Origin: a virus
Reading direction: 5' to 3' (one strand)
DNA: 62,026 nt
UHGV virus genome: UHGV-1382945
The notes below the pieces were generated by a model. The model saw nothing but the letters and a program-made list of their open reading frames with translations. It did not search any database and had not been told where the DNA came from. A program made the position numbers and the translations under genes. This document shows, piece by piece, positions 1 through 9,926 of the stretch (positions within the stretch are counted from its first letter, which is position 1; each line of letters starts with the position of its first letter).

Positions 1-681
1 CACTGAAGGAGTAGCCTGATACGTTTGCAAAGAAGCACCCTTACGATAGTTAAGTGCCTGTGACTGACGAGACAGAGCAAGATCTTCAGCTTGACGAGAA
101 GCCTGAGTTCTACCCATAGCTTCAGACAGTGCCTGCTGAGAACCCATACGATTCATGTAGTTAGAGAAGGCACCAGAGCTAGCGTTGATACCAGCCATAC
201 CCATGGAACGCATGTCTTGCTCACGCTGTTGTGCATAGCCAGCAGCTACGTCAGCAGTAGCTTGATTCATAAGCCTGTCACGAATAATATCCTCACCCTC
301 AGTAAGCTTACGAATAACAGACTTCTCAGTATCTCTGTAAAGAGGATCAAGTTCTCGCTGTTGCTGGATGTCAGCAAGACCTCTGTCTACTGCGTACTGT
401 GCTTGTGCTTGACCTAGAGGTCTAAGCGTTTGAAGATCTTCCATACTATACTGAATATTCAAATCTTCAAGAGGCCAGTACTTTTCTTTCTGTCTCTGCC
501 AAGCTTCGGAAGCGTACTCGTCCTGTTTCTCGATAGAGCCAAACGCAAGGTCAGCATACTTTGACGCTTGGTTTGCTGATTTAATGCCGGAGTAAATGTC
601 GTACCCGGTAGCTGCAAGATTACCTACAGTACCAAGAGCACTCCATGTATCACCCCAAGACCAGTTATCAAAAAGTCCCAT
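1..681 (-). CDS. hypothetical virion/ejection protein, N-terminal 227 codons; ORF stays open to position 1; in frame with partial ORF 61886-62026 if contig is circular (combined 273 aa)
   Basis: ATG at 681-679 with RBS GGAAAATAAACA upstream on minus strand; no stop in frame down to position 1; Q/A/S-rich composition like neighbouring structural proteins. Confidence 0.55.
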   Translation of the reverse strand, partial: MGLFDNWSWGDTWSALGTVGNLAATGYDIYSGIKSANQASKYADLAFGSIEKQDEYASEAWQRQKEKYWPLEDLNIQYSMEDLQTLRPLGQAQAQYAVDRGLADIQQQRELDPLYRDTEKSVIRKLTEGEDIIRDRLMNQATADVAAGYAQQREQDMRSMGMAGINASSGAFSNYMNRMGSQQALSEAMGRTQASRQAEDLALSRQSQALNYRKGASLQTYQATPSV

Positions 682-706
682 TGTTTATTTTCCTTGTATG
701 TTTGGC

Positions 707-2254
707 TTACCAGCCACCATCATCGCCACCATCGTTCTGACCGTTGGCTCCAGAACCAGTGCCGTCACCGGCCTGTCCTTCACCAGTGCCTTGGCTATCA
801 GAGCCACCGTTAGGGCCACCTTCGTTATCACTGAAGCCACCGCCACCACCGCCGCTGTCGTTGTCACTGCCGAAGCCATCGTTGTCGCCACCGCCTCCTC
901 CATCGCCTCCGGAATCTCCATTATCAGAGCCGTTATCACCAGAGTCGTTGTCGGAGTCGTTGCCTTCATTAGCACCGTCTTCACCAGTAGTACCAGAGTC
1001 AGTACCTGTGTCTGTTCCACCGGTAGCTGTACCACCAGCAGTGTCAGATTCAGCAGCAGAAGTAGAAGCAGCAGTATCAGCAGCAGTTTCTCCTGTCACA
1101 CCACCAATACCAGAAAGGCCGGGACCACTCACGTCACCAAAGCCACCAATACCACCGAAGTTGTCTTGGGCTTTACCATGAGACATAGCACCACCGCCTA
1201 TGGTACCACCGACACTTGTGCCGTAGCCACCCTCGTCAGTACCAATACCACCGAACTGGCCAGTCTCTGCAAAGCCTCCCTTGCTGTCTCCACCAAAGGA
1301 ACCAGTATCCATACCAAGGTCACCAAGGCTAGCCATAGCACCAGCGTAGGTAGAAGCAACAGGGCCAACCATACTTTTACCCCAAGAAGAAGTAGGATTA
1401 GCCAGACCGATAGCGTTGTTTACAGCAGAAGTTGCATTAGCTACCTGAGAAGGACTCAGAGACTTAGAACCAGAGATGGCATCATTAAGAGCTTCAGCAA
1501 GAGTCATGTCGTTGATTGTGGCCATGTCCATATTATGTGTAGCAATGTTGTTAGCGAAGGCTGCACCAATCTGACGGCCAGTAATCGGACCAAAGGTATC
1601 TTCCATAGCGTCACGTGTAACTTCTTCGTCACGTATGTTCAAGGCGTCCGCAACCAAACCACCAATCGTGGGGCCTATAAGCCCACCAAGCAGTCCGCCA
1701 ATGGGGCCACCGAGCATACTACCCAGTGTGCCTAAGGCCATAGCACCCATCGTTGTACCTGTCGTCATACCAAAGGACTGAGCAGCTACTTGGCCAACAG
1801 TGCTTGCGAGACCACTGGGAAAACCAGATAAACCAAAGTTCAGAGCGACATTAGTAGGTGCGTTCAAACCAAGAGCTACCCCAGTCTTAGTTGCAGCCTC
1901 TAAACCCATCTGACTAAGACCATCAATGGCAGCGTCCATAGCTTGCTTGTCAGTGAAGCTATGCCCCTTGTTAGAGGAGCCAGCATCATTACCCTTGCTA
2001 GAAGAAGTAGTACCGCCACCAAAACCATCTCGTCCATCACCACCGGTAAACTCTTTGCCTAGAGTGGTGCCCTTGTTAGCCTTCTCATTATCTGAAGAAG
2101 ACTGCTGGTCAGAGAAACGGTTCTGACTGTCGTACCATTTGTTACGACTAGACTTACTCTGTGTAGTGTTGCCACCCAAACCGTAGTTACCTATCATCGT
2201 TTGGTAGAGAGGCAACATTGTAGTGTACGTAGGGAAGTATCCATAGTTGTACAT
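707..2254 (-). CDS. glycine-rich structural (putative internal/ejection) protein, 515 aa
   Basis: long ORF in structural operon; glycine-zipper hydrophobic stretches (GGLLGGLIGPTIGGLVA, GMTTGTTMGAMALG) and a ~110-aa acidic G/S/D/N low-complexity C-terminus. Confidence 0.6.
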   Translation of the reverse strand: MYNYGYFPTYTTMLPLYQTMIGNYGLGGNTTQSKSSRNKWYDSQNRFSDQQSSSDNEKANKGTTLGKEFTGGDGRDGFGGGTTSSSKGNDAGSSNKGHSFTDKQAMDAAIDGLSQMGLEAATKTGVALGLNAPTNVALNFGLSGFPSGLASTVGQVAAQSFGMTTGTTMGAMALGTLGSMLGGPIGGLLGGLIGPTIGGLVADALNIRDEEVTRDAMEDTFGPITGRQIGAAFANNIATHNMDMATINDMTLAEALNDAISGSKSLSPSQVANATSAVNNAIGLANPTSSWGKSMVGPVASTYAGAMASLGDLGMDTGSFGGDSKGGFAETGQFGGIGTDEGGYGTSVGGTIGGGAMSHGKAQDNFGGIGGFGDVSGPGLSGIGGVTGETAADTAASTSAAESDTAGGTATGGTDTGTDSGTTGEDGANEGNDSDNDSGDNGSDNGDSGGDGGGGGDNDGFGSDNDSGGGGGGFSDNEGGPNGGSDSQGTGEGQAGDGTGSGANGQNDGGDDGGW

Positions 2255-2707
2255 TTACTTCCACCTCCCGATAGCTACACACATAACTACATAGTCTGAG
2301 GTAGCGGTAATGTTGCCTGTTTCTCGTACACCTATATGGGTAAATGTTTTAGTCTTTTGCCAAACCCAAGAATGCACTACACTACCCCCATTATTTCCTG
2401 TAACATCAGATACTACAGTGTACTCTGTGTCAATAAACTCTATGGGCCAGTATACGTTTATACCTGCTATCGTTGCAGGTAGTAGGTTCTGGGAGCCTTG
2501 GATAAGTGCACCATCAGGTAGCTTTACGTACCAAGCATTACCCGACTTACCAGTGACAACACCTTCTTTGTCAACACGTTCGTTAAGTGCATTCACCTGA
2601 TTTTGCAAAGAAGCCAGTGCAGCATTAACAGATGTAAGATACTCGTAGGTGCCTCGGTCTTCTGTGTAAGGTACATCAGAAAGCTGTACTCGTTTTGTAG
2701 TAGCCAT
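2255..2707 (-). CDS. hypothetical structural protein, 150 aa
   Basis: ORF tightly packed (start overlaps stop of upstream gene) in minus-strand late operon. Confidence 0.5.
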   Translation of the reverse strand: MATTKRVQLSDVPYTEDRGTYEYLTSVNAALASLQNQVNALNERVDKEGVVTGKSGNAWYVKLPDGALIQGSQNLLPATIAGINVYWPIEFIDTEYTVVSDVTGNNGGSVVHSWVWQKTKTFTHIGVRETGNITATSDYVVMCVAIGRWK

Positions 2708-4617
2708 TACTTGCTTTCTCCTTCTACGAGTTCTCCCATACTTGAAGCAAGAGTAATCGAATGGATGTGAGCATTCGACTTAACTTCTACCTCAATAGTC
2801 TCACCTCTGAAACCAGAAGGAAGACGGAAAGGCTTAGAGTTTTTTATTTCTCGTGTATACCTAAGCTCACCATCTATGTAGTAGTTAAACACTGTATTGT
2901 CCATCAACTCAAGTGCATGCGCATTACTACACCAGCCGTTGATTGGCTCACCACCAAGAACACGAGCTGCAAAGTATGAGCCTGCAAGTTTACCTTCCCA
3001 AACAGGTTCGCCTTCTTGTATAGATGACTGTGATGTCAGCATAACACGGGCCACGCTCAGGTTAAACAAACCTTGTGTACTAGTATTAACCTTTGAACGC
3101 CATCTAAAAGATTTGCTTATACGAGAGTCTGAAGCAAAGGAACACAAGCTATACCTTGTACTATCCTCAAGAGGATAACATACATACAACTGCGTTTGTT
3201 CAATATCGTTGTAGATAACCTTTGCAGGCTGTGTAGTAAAAACCAAGCCTGAAGAAACGATACTGTTGTACACTGTGCTGTATGTATAACTGTCTAAGTC
3301 AAAGACAAAACCAGCTGCTGCGTCTGTAGGATTAGTAAAGAAACCATAGTAAGTATTGTTTAGAAAAGCACCTTTCAGTGACTCAGGACGCAAAGGCAAC
3401 CATTCGTCCTGTGTAATAAGCTTCTCTGTAATACAAGTGGGGCTCGTACTATTAATCAACACCAACCCATTCTGACTAGCAAAGATAACACCATTACGCG
3501 TATTCACAATAGAATCAGCAGACATACAAGGACAGTTCTCTTGGATAGCTTTAACTGTAGGGTTCGTCGGGTCTTGCACAACAATCAGCACAGGTGCTGC
3601 TTCAGTACAAACAACAATCGTATTACCAAAAGAACCAAGACCTACGATAGGATAGTCAATCGTTACCTTGTGCTCGTATGGCCACGCATGTGGAGCATTC
3701 CAGTCAGACACATATACAGTAGAGTCTTTGTAAGCTGCAAACAAACCGTTCTGCAAAGAGACAAGACCCTTGAGTCCATCTACTGGAGCATCCCAGTAAA
3801 GAGAAGGACAAGCCTCACCTAAGGCTGTATTTGGTTTAGAGTCAGTGTACTCGTAATAGTTAGTCTTCCAAACAGCGTTAGGATTATTAGTTTCTCTGCT
3901 TAGGTTAACGTCAAACTGATCTACATAACTGTACACTGCTTGACCGGAAGAAGTAACTTCAGACCTGTAAATATAGATCTTGTTGATACCTCTTACTGCA
4001 CCATTATGATGTGTCAATAGTGGTTCTTCTATAGATAGAGAAACAGTCTGTCCCGGACGAACATCAACAGTATAACGTGACTTATCATAAAGGTTCTTCA
4101 AAGGAAGACTGGACTTACCTACGTCTATAGTACCGTCAGGCCACTGCCTAACATAACAGTAGACATATGATCTAGACTCAATGTCACCAGAACCTGTACC
4201 ACCAGATACCCAGATATCAGACTGTCCCGGTTGAGGTATAGCTGTATGGTAGCAGGCTACTCCGGGAGTAAAATCAGAAGTATAATCCTGATCTTTCAAA
4301 AGAGAGCTGTCTGTTACAAAAAAGCCGTCGCTATTCGTAAAGTAAATGCGGTTGTTCTCATCATCATACACAGGGCCTTTAGCTACCCTAGTATCTTTAT
4401 TCCACATCAACCAACGGTAGTTCTGGTTCTTCCATCTATATCTATAGATAGACTTAATACTACTAGGGATATACTGAAGAATCTCATCAGCATACTGGGG
4501 TCGAAGCTCTCCACTCCACAGCTTAACGTCGAGAGCTTCCTGTGCAAGAGTAGCGGGTAAAAGCCGTGGAGCTATACGAGGAGCAACCCCGCTAAACTGT
4601 TGGAATGTTAGTTTCAT
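2707..4617 (-). CDS. hypothetical tail/structural protein, 636 aa
   Basis: long ORF in late operon downstream of tail fibre genes; beta-rich composition. Confidence 0.55.
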   Translation of the reverse strand: MKLTFQQFSGVAPRIAPRLLPATLAQEALDVKLWSGELRPQYADEILQYIPSSIKSIYRYRWKNQNYRWLMWNKDTRVAKGPVYDDENNRIYFTNSDGFFVTDSSLLKDQDYTSDFTPGVACYHTAIPQPGQSDIWVSGGTGSGDIESRSYVYCYVRQWPDGTIDVGKSSLPLKNLYDKSRYTVDVRPGQTVSLSIEEPLLTHHNGAVRGINKIYIYRSEVTSSGQAVYSYVDQFDVNLSRETNNPNAVWKTNYYEYTDSKPNTALGEACPSLYWDAPVDGLKGLVSLQNGLFAAYKDSTVYVSDWNAPHAWPYEHKVTIDYPIVGLGSFGNTIVVCTEAAPVLIVVQDPTNPTVKAIQENCPCMSADSIVNTRNGVIFASQNGLVLINSTSPTCITEKLITQDEWLPLRPESLKGAFLNNTYYGFFTNPTDAAAGFVFDLDSYTYSTVYNSIVSSGLVFTTQPAKVIYNDIEQTQLYVCYPLEDSTRYSLCSFASDSRISKSFRWRSKVNTSTQGLFNLSVARVMLTSQSSIQEGEPVWEGKLAGSYFAARVLGGEPINGWCSNAHALELMDNTVFNYYIDGELRYTREIKNSKPFRLPSGFRGETIEVEVKSNAHIHSITLASSMGELVEGESK

Positions 4618-4635
4618 AGTGTCCTCTACATAGAG

Positions 4636-4893
4636 TTATTGACCAACAGGCTTTGCACTAAGCGGACGCAACTCCGGAGGCAACTGTCTCCCTTCCTTCT
4701 CGCTTTCATAACTGCTTTTGCAGTGTTCTTTCTGCCAGAAGAATAGTCCGTTTACGAGCCTGCAAGGCCATGTTCTCACTCCATCTCGTGACCAACGATA
4801 ACAACGTGAGGACAAAGTCTCATCCGGCCATCCACCAAGGAGTGTATTGAGGAGCTGGTCGACGGCGATTAGCGTTCGCTTTCCGTAGGTCAT
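4636..4893 (-). CDS. hypothetical protein, 85 aa
   Basis: ORF fills gap in operon, start overlaps upstream stop. Confidence 0.35.
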   Translation of the reverse strand: MTYGKRTLIAVDQLLNTLLGGWPDETLSSRCYRWSRDGVRTWPCRLVNGLFFWQKEHCKSSYESEKEGRQLPPELRPLSAKPVGQ

Positions 4894-5453
4894 GCTTCTA
4901 CACCTTCCGGCATGATGATGATAACGACGATGCCCTGCACTTCTTCCAGTGTCCTACACGCATCAAGTCTATCTTCCAGTGCTTGCCTCTGACCGATGAT
5001 AGAACCAGAAGCAGCAGCAAAGGCATCAGCCTTGATGAGTACTCGCTTTACAAGCTCGTCCATAGAAAGGCCGCGTGCTTTAGCCAATGCCGAAAGAAGC
5101 GGAGTTGGAGCCTCAGGGTCAGCAGTATAGGCACGAGCCTCAGCTTCCTGCTTGTCGAACGTGCTGATCTCCCTGTCCGGATAGGTTGTCGTGAGTGCAG
5201 CTATAGCCTTGTCAGCAGCTCTGTTGATTTCAGAGAGTTTAGCAGCCTTCGCTTCCTCAAGCGTCTGCTTTGGAGGGACATAAGGTTGTTCCTCGGTCAC
5301 ACACTCGGGATGCTCCTTGGCATAGGCAGCCACATCTTTCCACTCTTCCTCGAACTCCTTGACGTTGGAGCAGACATGGTAAGGCATACCATTCTTCGTT
5401 ATGACATATGAATCATCAGTCACACGGTGGATTATGTTCTCATATTTAGCCAT
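4890..5453 (-). CDS. hypothetical protein, 187 aa
   Basis: ORF in late operon immediately after tail fibre gene. Confidence 0.5.
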   Translation of the reverse strand: MAKYENIIHRVTDDSYVITKNGMPYHVCSNVKEFEEEWKDVAAYAKEHPECVTEEQPYVPPKQTLEEAKAAKLSEINRAADKAIAALTTTYPDREISTFDKQEAEARAYTADPEAPTPLLSALAKARGLSMDELVKRVLIKADAFAAASGSIIGQRQALEDRLDACRTLEEVQGIVVIIIMPEGVEA

Positions 5454-5465
5454 GTTTCCTTCTCC

Positions 5466-7253
5466 TTAGCCTACCTTTATAGCGATGCCACCATCGTTGT
5501 CTGGGGTACCAGCACCACCAGCCAATATAGCAGATCTCAGATAGTGGTGGTCATAAGGCATGTAGATATAAAGCCAACTTCCTCCAGCAGGCATAGAACC
5601 ACCTCGACCAACATAAGTAACATTAGGTACTATAGTCGTTTGCCATGCGGTGCCTCCGTTCGCAGGAGCACTTCCAGCAGTGTTGGCATAGTTCACACTG
5701 AAGTTGGCAGGGTTATAGACACGCGTGCTGGAGCCGTCATTAGTTCCCCACAACCACGTGGGCTGACCACCCTGACCATCATAGTAGAAGTAACCATCAA
5801 GGCTCCCACTTAGAAGCAGACAACGTGCGCTGTGTGATGTACCACCATTTGCAGGTGCGCTCCCGGCAGAGTCTGCATACACAGCTGAATCAGCTTTCGC
5901 ATGTATTGCACGACCATCCATGTACGCTTCCCCAGTGTCAGGAGAAAAACGGAATGTATAGCCTTGGTTAGTGCGATCTCCACTGAGGATGAATACTCTG
6001 TTTCCACCGTCAATGGTTTGGTTTAGCTGTACGCCACTGATTTGGATAGGGTGGTATGTTACAACCTCACCCGTACCATCTTCATGAGCCACAGCAGCGA
6101 TAGTTGTAATATTTCCTTCGCTGCTTTTCGCATACATCTGCGTCCACTTCACGTTATCAGAAGCACGCTGAATGTTGTCAAACCCGCCCATGATTGCACC
6201 ATTCTTGTCGGCAAGGAATATACCACGTTCAGTATCCTTAGCAGGTGTTTCACTAATCACATTTGCAGTGTCGTTGATCTGCACACTGCCTGTCAAGACA
6301 CCACCCTTAGTCGAGAGTGCAGGCTTGTATTCACCGCCACCAGTCAGGAAGCTTTCCTGTTCTCCTGCTGCTGCGGGAGGAACAAGGCCAGACGTTCCAG
6401 CAGTAGATGCTGTAGCACCGTCATACTCAGGCACAGAGATGATACCATTGTTAATACGAATGCCATCACCTATGCTCGCAGACGATATAAGCTCTGACCA
6501 AGAAGACCAGTCCTTGCTCGATAAGCGATACTGTCTAACAAACACACGGTCTCTTCCCGTTGAGTAGGCATACGCTACCTGAACAAGATTCTTTATTACT
6601 GTACCCCTTTTACTGTAAAAGACCTGCAAGTAGAAAGCAGAATTTTTAATGGGGCTGTTTACACTACCTGTTGCATTTATTAAGTAAAAACCTGCTTCAG
6701 TAACTGTATCAAAGTCTACGTCATTTCCAAGTTCTTTTGCAGGTCCAAGCTGTCCTCGTGCACTCGCCAAGTCTGTGAGGATACCACCAACTGCTATGTC
6801 CTTTGCGGTAATCACACCTTTAGTATCAGTCTTCGTGGTCTTTCCATCTACGCCAGCAAAACCAACGTTTGTGGTGGAAGCAACACCGACTGCATCAAGG
6901 TTGTCTTGAGCAAGCTGCACCGCTGTAGGCACAAAAGAGTTAAGAGCCTCAGCAGTGATGCGCATCTCTATACGATCACCCTTAGTCCATTTCTGTGCAG
7001 TAGTACCTTCCTGTGCACGGTAAGACCTAAAGGCCAGCTTACCTGTATTAGTGTTAGTTATCTGAGCAAAGACTTTTACTATCTCAAGCGTATCTTCACC
7101 AACAAAAGTCAAGTAAAAGCAATCACCAGAATCCGGAGCTATCGTAGGAAAGACGGCAGGGTCATTCACATAGATATCGACAAAGTCTTTAGCCGGATCT
7201 TGGTACATATAGTCTAGCGTAGAAGCAGCGTTGTTTTTAAAGAGAATAGCCAT
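5466..7253 (-). CDS. tail fibre / receptor-binding protein, 595 aa
   Basis: N-terminal ~100 aa homologous to N-terminus of adjacent 260-aa fibre protein (MAIxFxNNAxxTL...LEIxKV); Gly-rich C-terminal repeats (SAPANGGT x2) typical of fibre tips. Confidence 0.6.
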   Translation of the reverse strand: MAILFKNNAASTLDYMYQDPAKDFVDIYVNDPAVFPTIAPDSGDCFYLTFVGEDTLEIVKVFAQITNTNTGKLAFRSYRAQEGTTAQKWTKGDRIEMRITAEALNSFVPTAVQLAQDNLDAVGVASTTNVGFAGVDGKTTKTDTKGVITAKDIAVGGILTDLASARGQLGPAKELGNDVDFDTVTEAGFYLINATGSVNSPIKNSAFYLQVFYSKRGTVIKNLVQVAYAYSTGRDRVFVRQYRLSSKDWSSWSELISSASIGDGIRINNGIISVPEYDGATASTAGTSGLVPPAAAGEQESFLTGGGEYKPALSTKGGVLTGSVQINDTANVISETPAKDTERGIFLADKNGAIMGGFDNIQRASDNVKWTQMYAKSSEGNITTIAAVAHEDGTGEVVTYHPIQISGVQLNQTIDGGNRVFILSGDRTNQGYTFRFSPDTGEAYMDGRAIHAKADSAVYADSAGSAPANGGTSHSARCLLLSGSLDGYFYYDGQGGQPTWLWGTNDGSSTRVYNPANFSVNYANTAGSAPANGGTAWQTTIVPNVTYVGRGGSMPAGGSWLYIYMPYDHHYLRSAILAGGAGTPDNDGGIAIKVG

Positions 7254-7262
7254 ATGTTACTC

Positions 7263-8045
7263 CTACAGCTTCATGATAAACGCCAAGGCGTAGTAAGGAG
7301 GACGAGAATCAATAGCAGAAGCATACGCAGTATGCGAATGCCCGTAGTCCACTATCGGGTGATTATGTCCTTGGTTACCACCAGCAGCATCAGTCCAGAG
7401 TTCGCCGTTGGTCATAAATGTGTAACCCGGTACATCCCTATTATCCGGTTCACCTTGTACATGAATATTACCAAGACGGTGACTGTGCGAAGGCATTTCA
7501 GCAACAGTCAAGGTGTGATAACCAACCTGCACACCAGTACCAGAACCATTCACAGTAATGGTAGGAGTGTACGAAGAGGAACCACCTACGTTACCGGGGG
7601 CATAGGAGCTGCCTGCACCTACAATAAAACGACTGCGCAGGTCAGGAGTACCGTTGTCACCATCACACAAAGCCCATCCAGAAGGAACAGCATCAACAGC
7701 ACCGGCCCACATTGAGATGATGCCACGCGGAATCTTTATGTCAACAGCAGCAAGAATAGACTGCGCAGTAAGACGGAGTTCTACTGGACTTCCAGCAGTA
7801 AAAGCTCTGGCAGTAGTATTTTCCTGTGCACGCTCCACAGTGAAAGTATCACCACTACGCTTAGTAACTTTCATGATCTCAAGATGACCAGCTGCGCTAT
7901 CGACCACCGTCACCATGAAATAGTCACTACCCCCAGCCGTTGGGAACAAAGCACCTCCTCCCGGAGAAACAACAATCTGCGTGTCCGACATAAGCACTGA
8001 GCTAAAGAGTGTCGTCGCCGCATTGTTTGCAAATTGAATTGCCAT
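7263..8045 (-). CDS. tail fibre protein with phage tail-collar domain, 260 aa
   Basis: motifs PSGWALCDG...FIVGAG...HSH...PPYYALAFIMKL resemble the tail-collar (T4 gp12 C-terminal type) domain; shares N-terminal anchor with 5466-7253. Confidence 0.65.
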   Translation of the reverse strand: MAIQFANNAATTLFSSVLMSDTQIVVSPGGGALFPTAGGSDYFMVTVVDSAAGHLEIMKVTKRSGDTFTVERAQENTTARAFTAGSPVELRLTAQSILAAVDIKIPRGIISMWAGAVDAVPSGWALCDGDNGTPDLRSRFIVGAGSSYAPGNVGGSSSYTPTITVNGSGTGVQVGYHTLTVAEMPSHSHRLGNIHVQGEPDNRDVPGYTFMTNGELWTDAAGGNQGHNHPIVDYGHSHTAYASAIDSRPPYYALAFIMKL

Positions 8046-8760
8046 TTATATCACATCCTTCTGGAGGGAAAGTAAGATTAGGCCCATATACAGGGCAGTC
8101 ACAATTACAGTCGTCAAGCTTAATGACATCGCCGACCTTGATTATGACATCGATTACAGGCCACTCATGGTTGGCTTCTATGCTTGTCGCGTTCTTAGAA
8201 ATAACATTCGCCCAAGGTTTAGACTCTGCTATAGGTTCGATCTCAACAGCACTAAGCCGACCAATTACTACAGGAACAGCCATGTCCGTTCCAGCTTCAC
8301 AGAACCATGCACGCTGTATGATGTCAGCTTCAGTGTCATCCATATGCGTAACCGCTTCAATGGAAGTAACACCTATCCTACCTACAGTTTGCTTAGCTTC
8401 CATGTCTGTATCGGCTTCTATCAAAACACCTCTGATAACAAGATCAAAAGGAAGTTTGTACATGTTAACACGAGATACTATGTTAGTTCCTACGTCTGTG
8501 ATAGGAATAACCTTTCTTATATCTATGTTAGTCATGTCAGTTACAGCCCACATAGGAGTTGCGTTAGACTGAAGACGAACAGTTGAGTCAGCTAGAAATT
8601 CTGCAATGGCCTTAACCGTTACATTAGTTGTCGTAATGACATTACCTTGTGTAAGCAGATCGACAATAACATCTGCATTAACAGCACCAAGCTGATGGGT
8701 GCCTGCGTTTATCAAGGTAGTGTTGACAAGCATCCCATTAACAGGATTCAAGAGTGTCAT
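8002..8760 (-). CDS. hypothetical tail/structural protein, 252 aa
   Basis: ORF in late operon between head-completion genes and fibres. Confidence 0.5.
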   Translation of the reverse strand: MTLLNPVNGMLVNTTLINAGTHQLGAVNADVIVDLLTQGNVITTTNVTVKAIAEFLADSTVRLQSNATPMWAVTDMTNIDIRKVIPITDVGTNIVSRVNMYKLPFDLVIRGVLIEADTDMEAKQTVGRIGVTSIEAVTHMDDTEADIIQRAWFCEAGTDMAVPVVIGRLSAVEIEPIAESKPWANVISKNATSIEANHEWPVIDVIIKVGDVIKLDDCNCDCPVYGPNLTFPPEGCDINGNSICKQCGDDTL

Positions 8761-8784
8761 TGTCCACCTACCTCAAATAACTTT

Positions 8785-9222
8785 TTACACAGTGGTGCTG
8801 TCAGTAATACGAATGCTCGAAGTCTGAGCACGGATGATGAACTGGTCACCAGCATCTACGTCACGCGGACGTTCATCAAGCGTATTAGGGTTACGAATAA
8901 TACCCCAAGCCAGAACGTTACCGCCCGTTTTCGCATCCATGATAGCAACATGCGTCACACGACCCCAGTTAGAGATAGCAACCGGGAACTCGATGTTGGT
9001 CGCATTCTTCACTACACTGGCAGAAGGCGTCGTAAAAGCAGCGTTATCAGCCGCGACACGAGCGTAACCATCACCAGTAACTTCGTCCCTGTCAGGGCTG
9101 TTATCAGTCAAGCCCTTGGCAGACGTGAACAGAGCCCAGTACCTAGCAGGAGTGTTGTAGGTGACACCCTTAAACACGTGGCCAAGAATCTTGTTGTCAA
9201 GGTAAGTACTAAAACCAGACAT
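8785..9222 (-). CDS. hypothetical structural protein, 145 aa
   Basis: ORF in late operon. Confidence 0.5.
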   Translation of the reverse strand: MSGFSTYLDNKILGHVFKGVTYNTPARYWALFTSAKGLTDNSPDRDEVTGDGYARVAADNAAFTTPSASVVKNATNIEFPVAISNWGRVTHVAIMDAKTGGNVLAWGIIRNPNTLDERPRDVDAGDQFIIRAQTSSIRITDSTTV

Positions 9223-9233
9223 GTTATTTCCTT

Positions 9234-9926
9234 TTAGAAAATTTTATGTTTAATGGGGAGCATCGTCTTTGACTGAGCAACCCAAGACTTATAAGCCTTA
9301 GACTTAGCACGAGAGATACCCGCACGGAACTTGCGAATGTAGTAGTTCACAAGGTTAGGCTTAGACCAAACTCTACCGGACAGACTGTGCAAATAAGCAA
9401 GCGCACCGGCAGCAATGGTCTCAGCCCAGTCCGTGTATAGGAACTCAGGGATCTCATCAGCTTCTCGTGTAGGCTTCACAGCAGCAAGCATATGCAAGGC
9501 TTCAGGGATGTCTTCCGTAGGTACACCTACAAGGTGCATCACATTAGGATTCTCCATGTAGAAGTACTTAGGATACTTATCCTTACGCAGACGCCAATCA
9601 GGAGAATACGAGTCAAGGTCTTGCCTATTTGTTTTCTCTACTTGATACTGACGAAGTTGTTGTCCTTCACTAGCATCACGGATAGTAACAGTGACAGGCA
9701 TCACAAGCGTAGCATCTTTACCTATGATATTGATGCCATACCTAGGCTCATCCTTAACAAGATCTCCACAGTAGATCTCTTGCTGCCAAATAAGAGACTT
9801 CTCACAAAACTCAATACATGCGTTTCGCAGAGCTTCTTTCACCATAGCCACAGGACAACCATGCACGTCAGGACGCACGTACTTAAAGAAGTCTTCCCAA
9901 ACAGCGCTATTAAAGTGATCAATCAT
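9234..9926 (-). CDS. hypothetical head-tail joining/structural protein (~230 aa; start chosen at ATGA overlap with upstream stop)
   Basis: ORF 9234-9983 in track; internal ATG at 9926 forms ATGA overlap with stop of 9919-10641 gene. Confidence 0.5.
   Translation of the reverse strand: MIDHFNSAVWEDFFKYVRPDVHGCPVAMVKEALRNACIEFCEKSLIWQQEIYCGDLVKDEPRYGINIIGKDATLVMPVTVTIRDASEGQQLRQYQVEKTNRQDLDSYSPDWRLRKDKYPKYFYMENPNVMHLVGVPTEDIPEALHMLAAVKPTREADEIPEFLYTDWAETIAAGALAYLHSLSGRVWSKPNLVNYYIRKFRAGISRAKSKAYKSWVAQSKTMLPIKHKIF

Noticed and set aside
596-1735. 379-aa plus-strand ORF, plus 744-1181 and 685-1035 ORFs, inside the 515-aa gene
   Set aside because: They are antisense or out of frame to a coherent minus-strand gene in a long co-oriented operon. 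Their translations are low-complexity P/S/T/A repeats typical of a frame shadow of a Gly/Asp-rich gene. No RBS is present.
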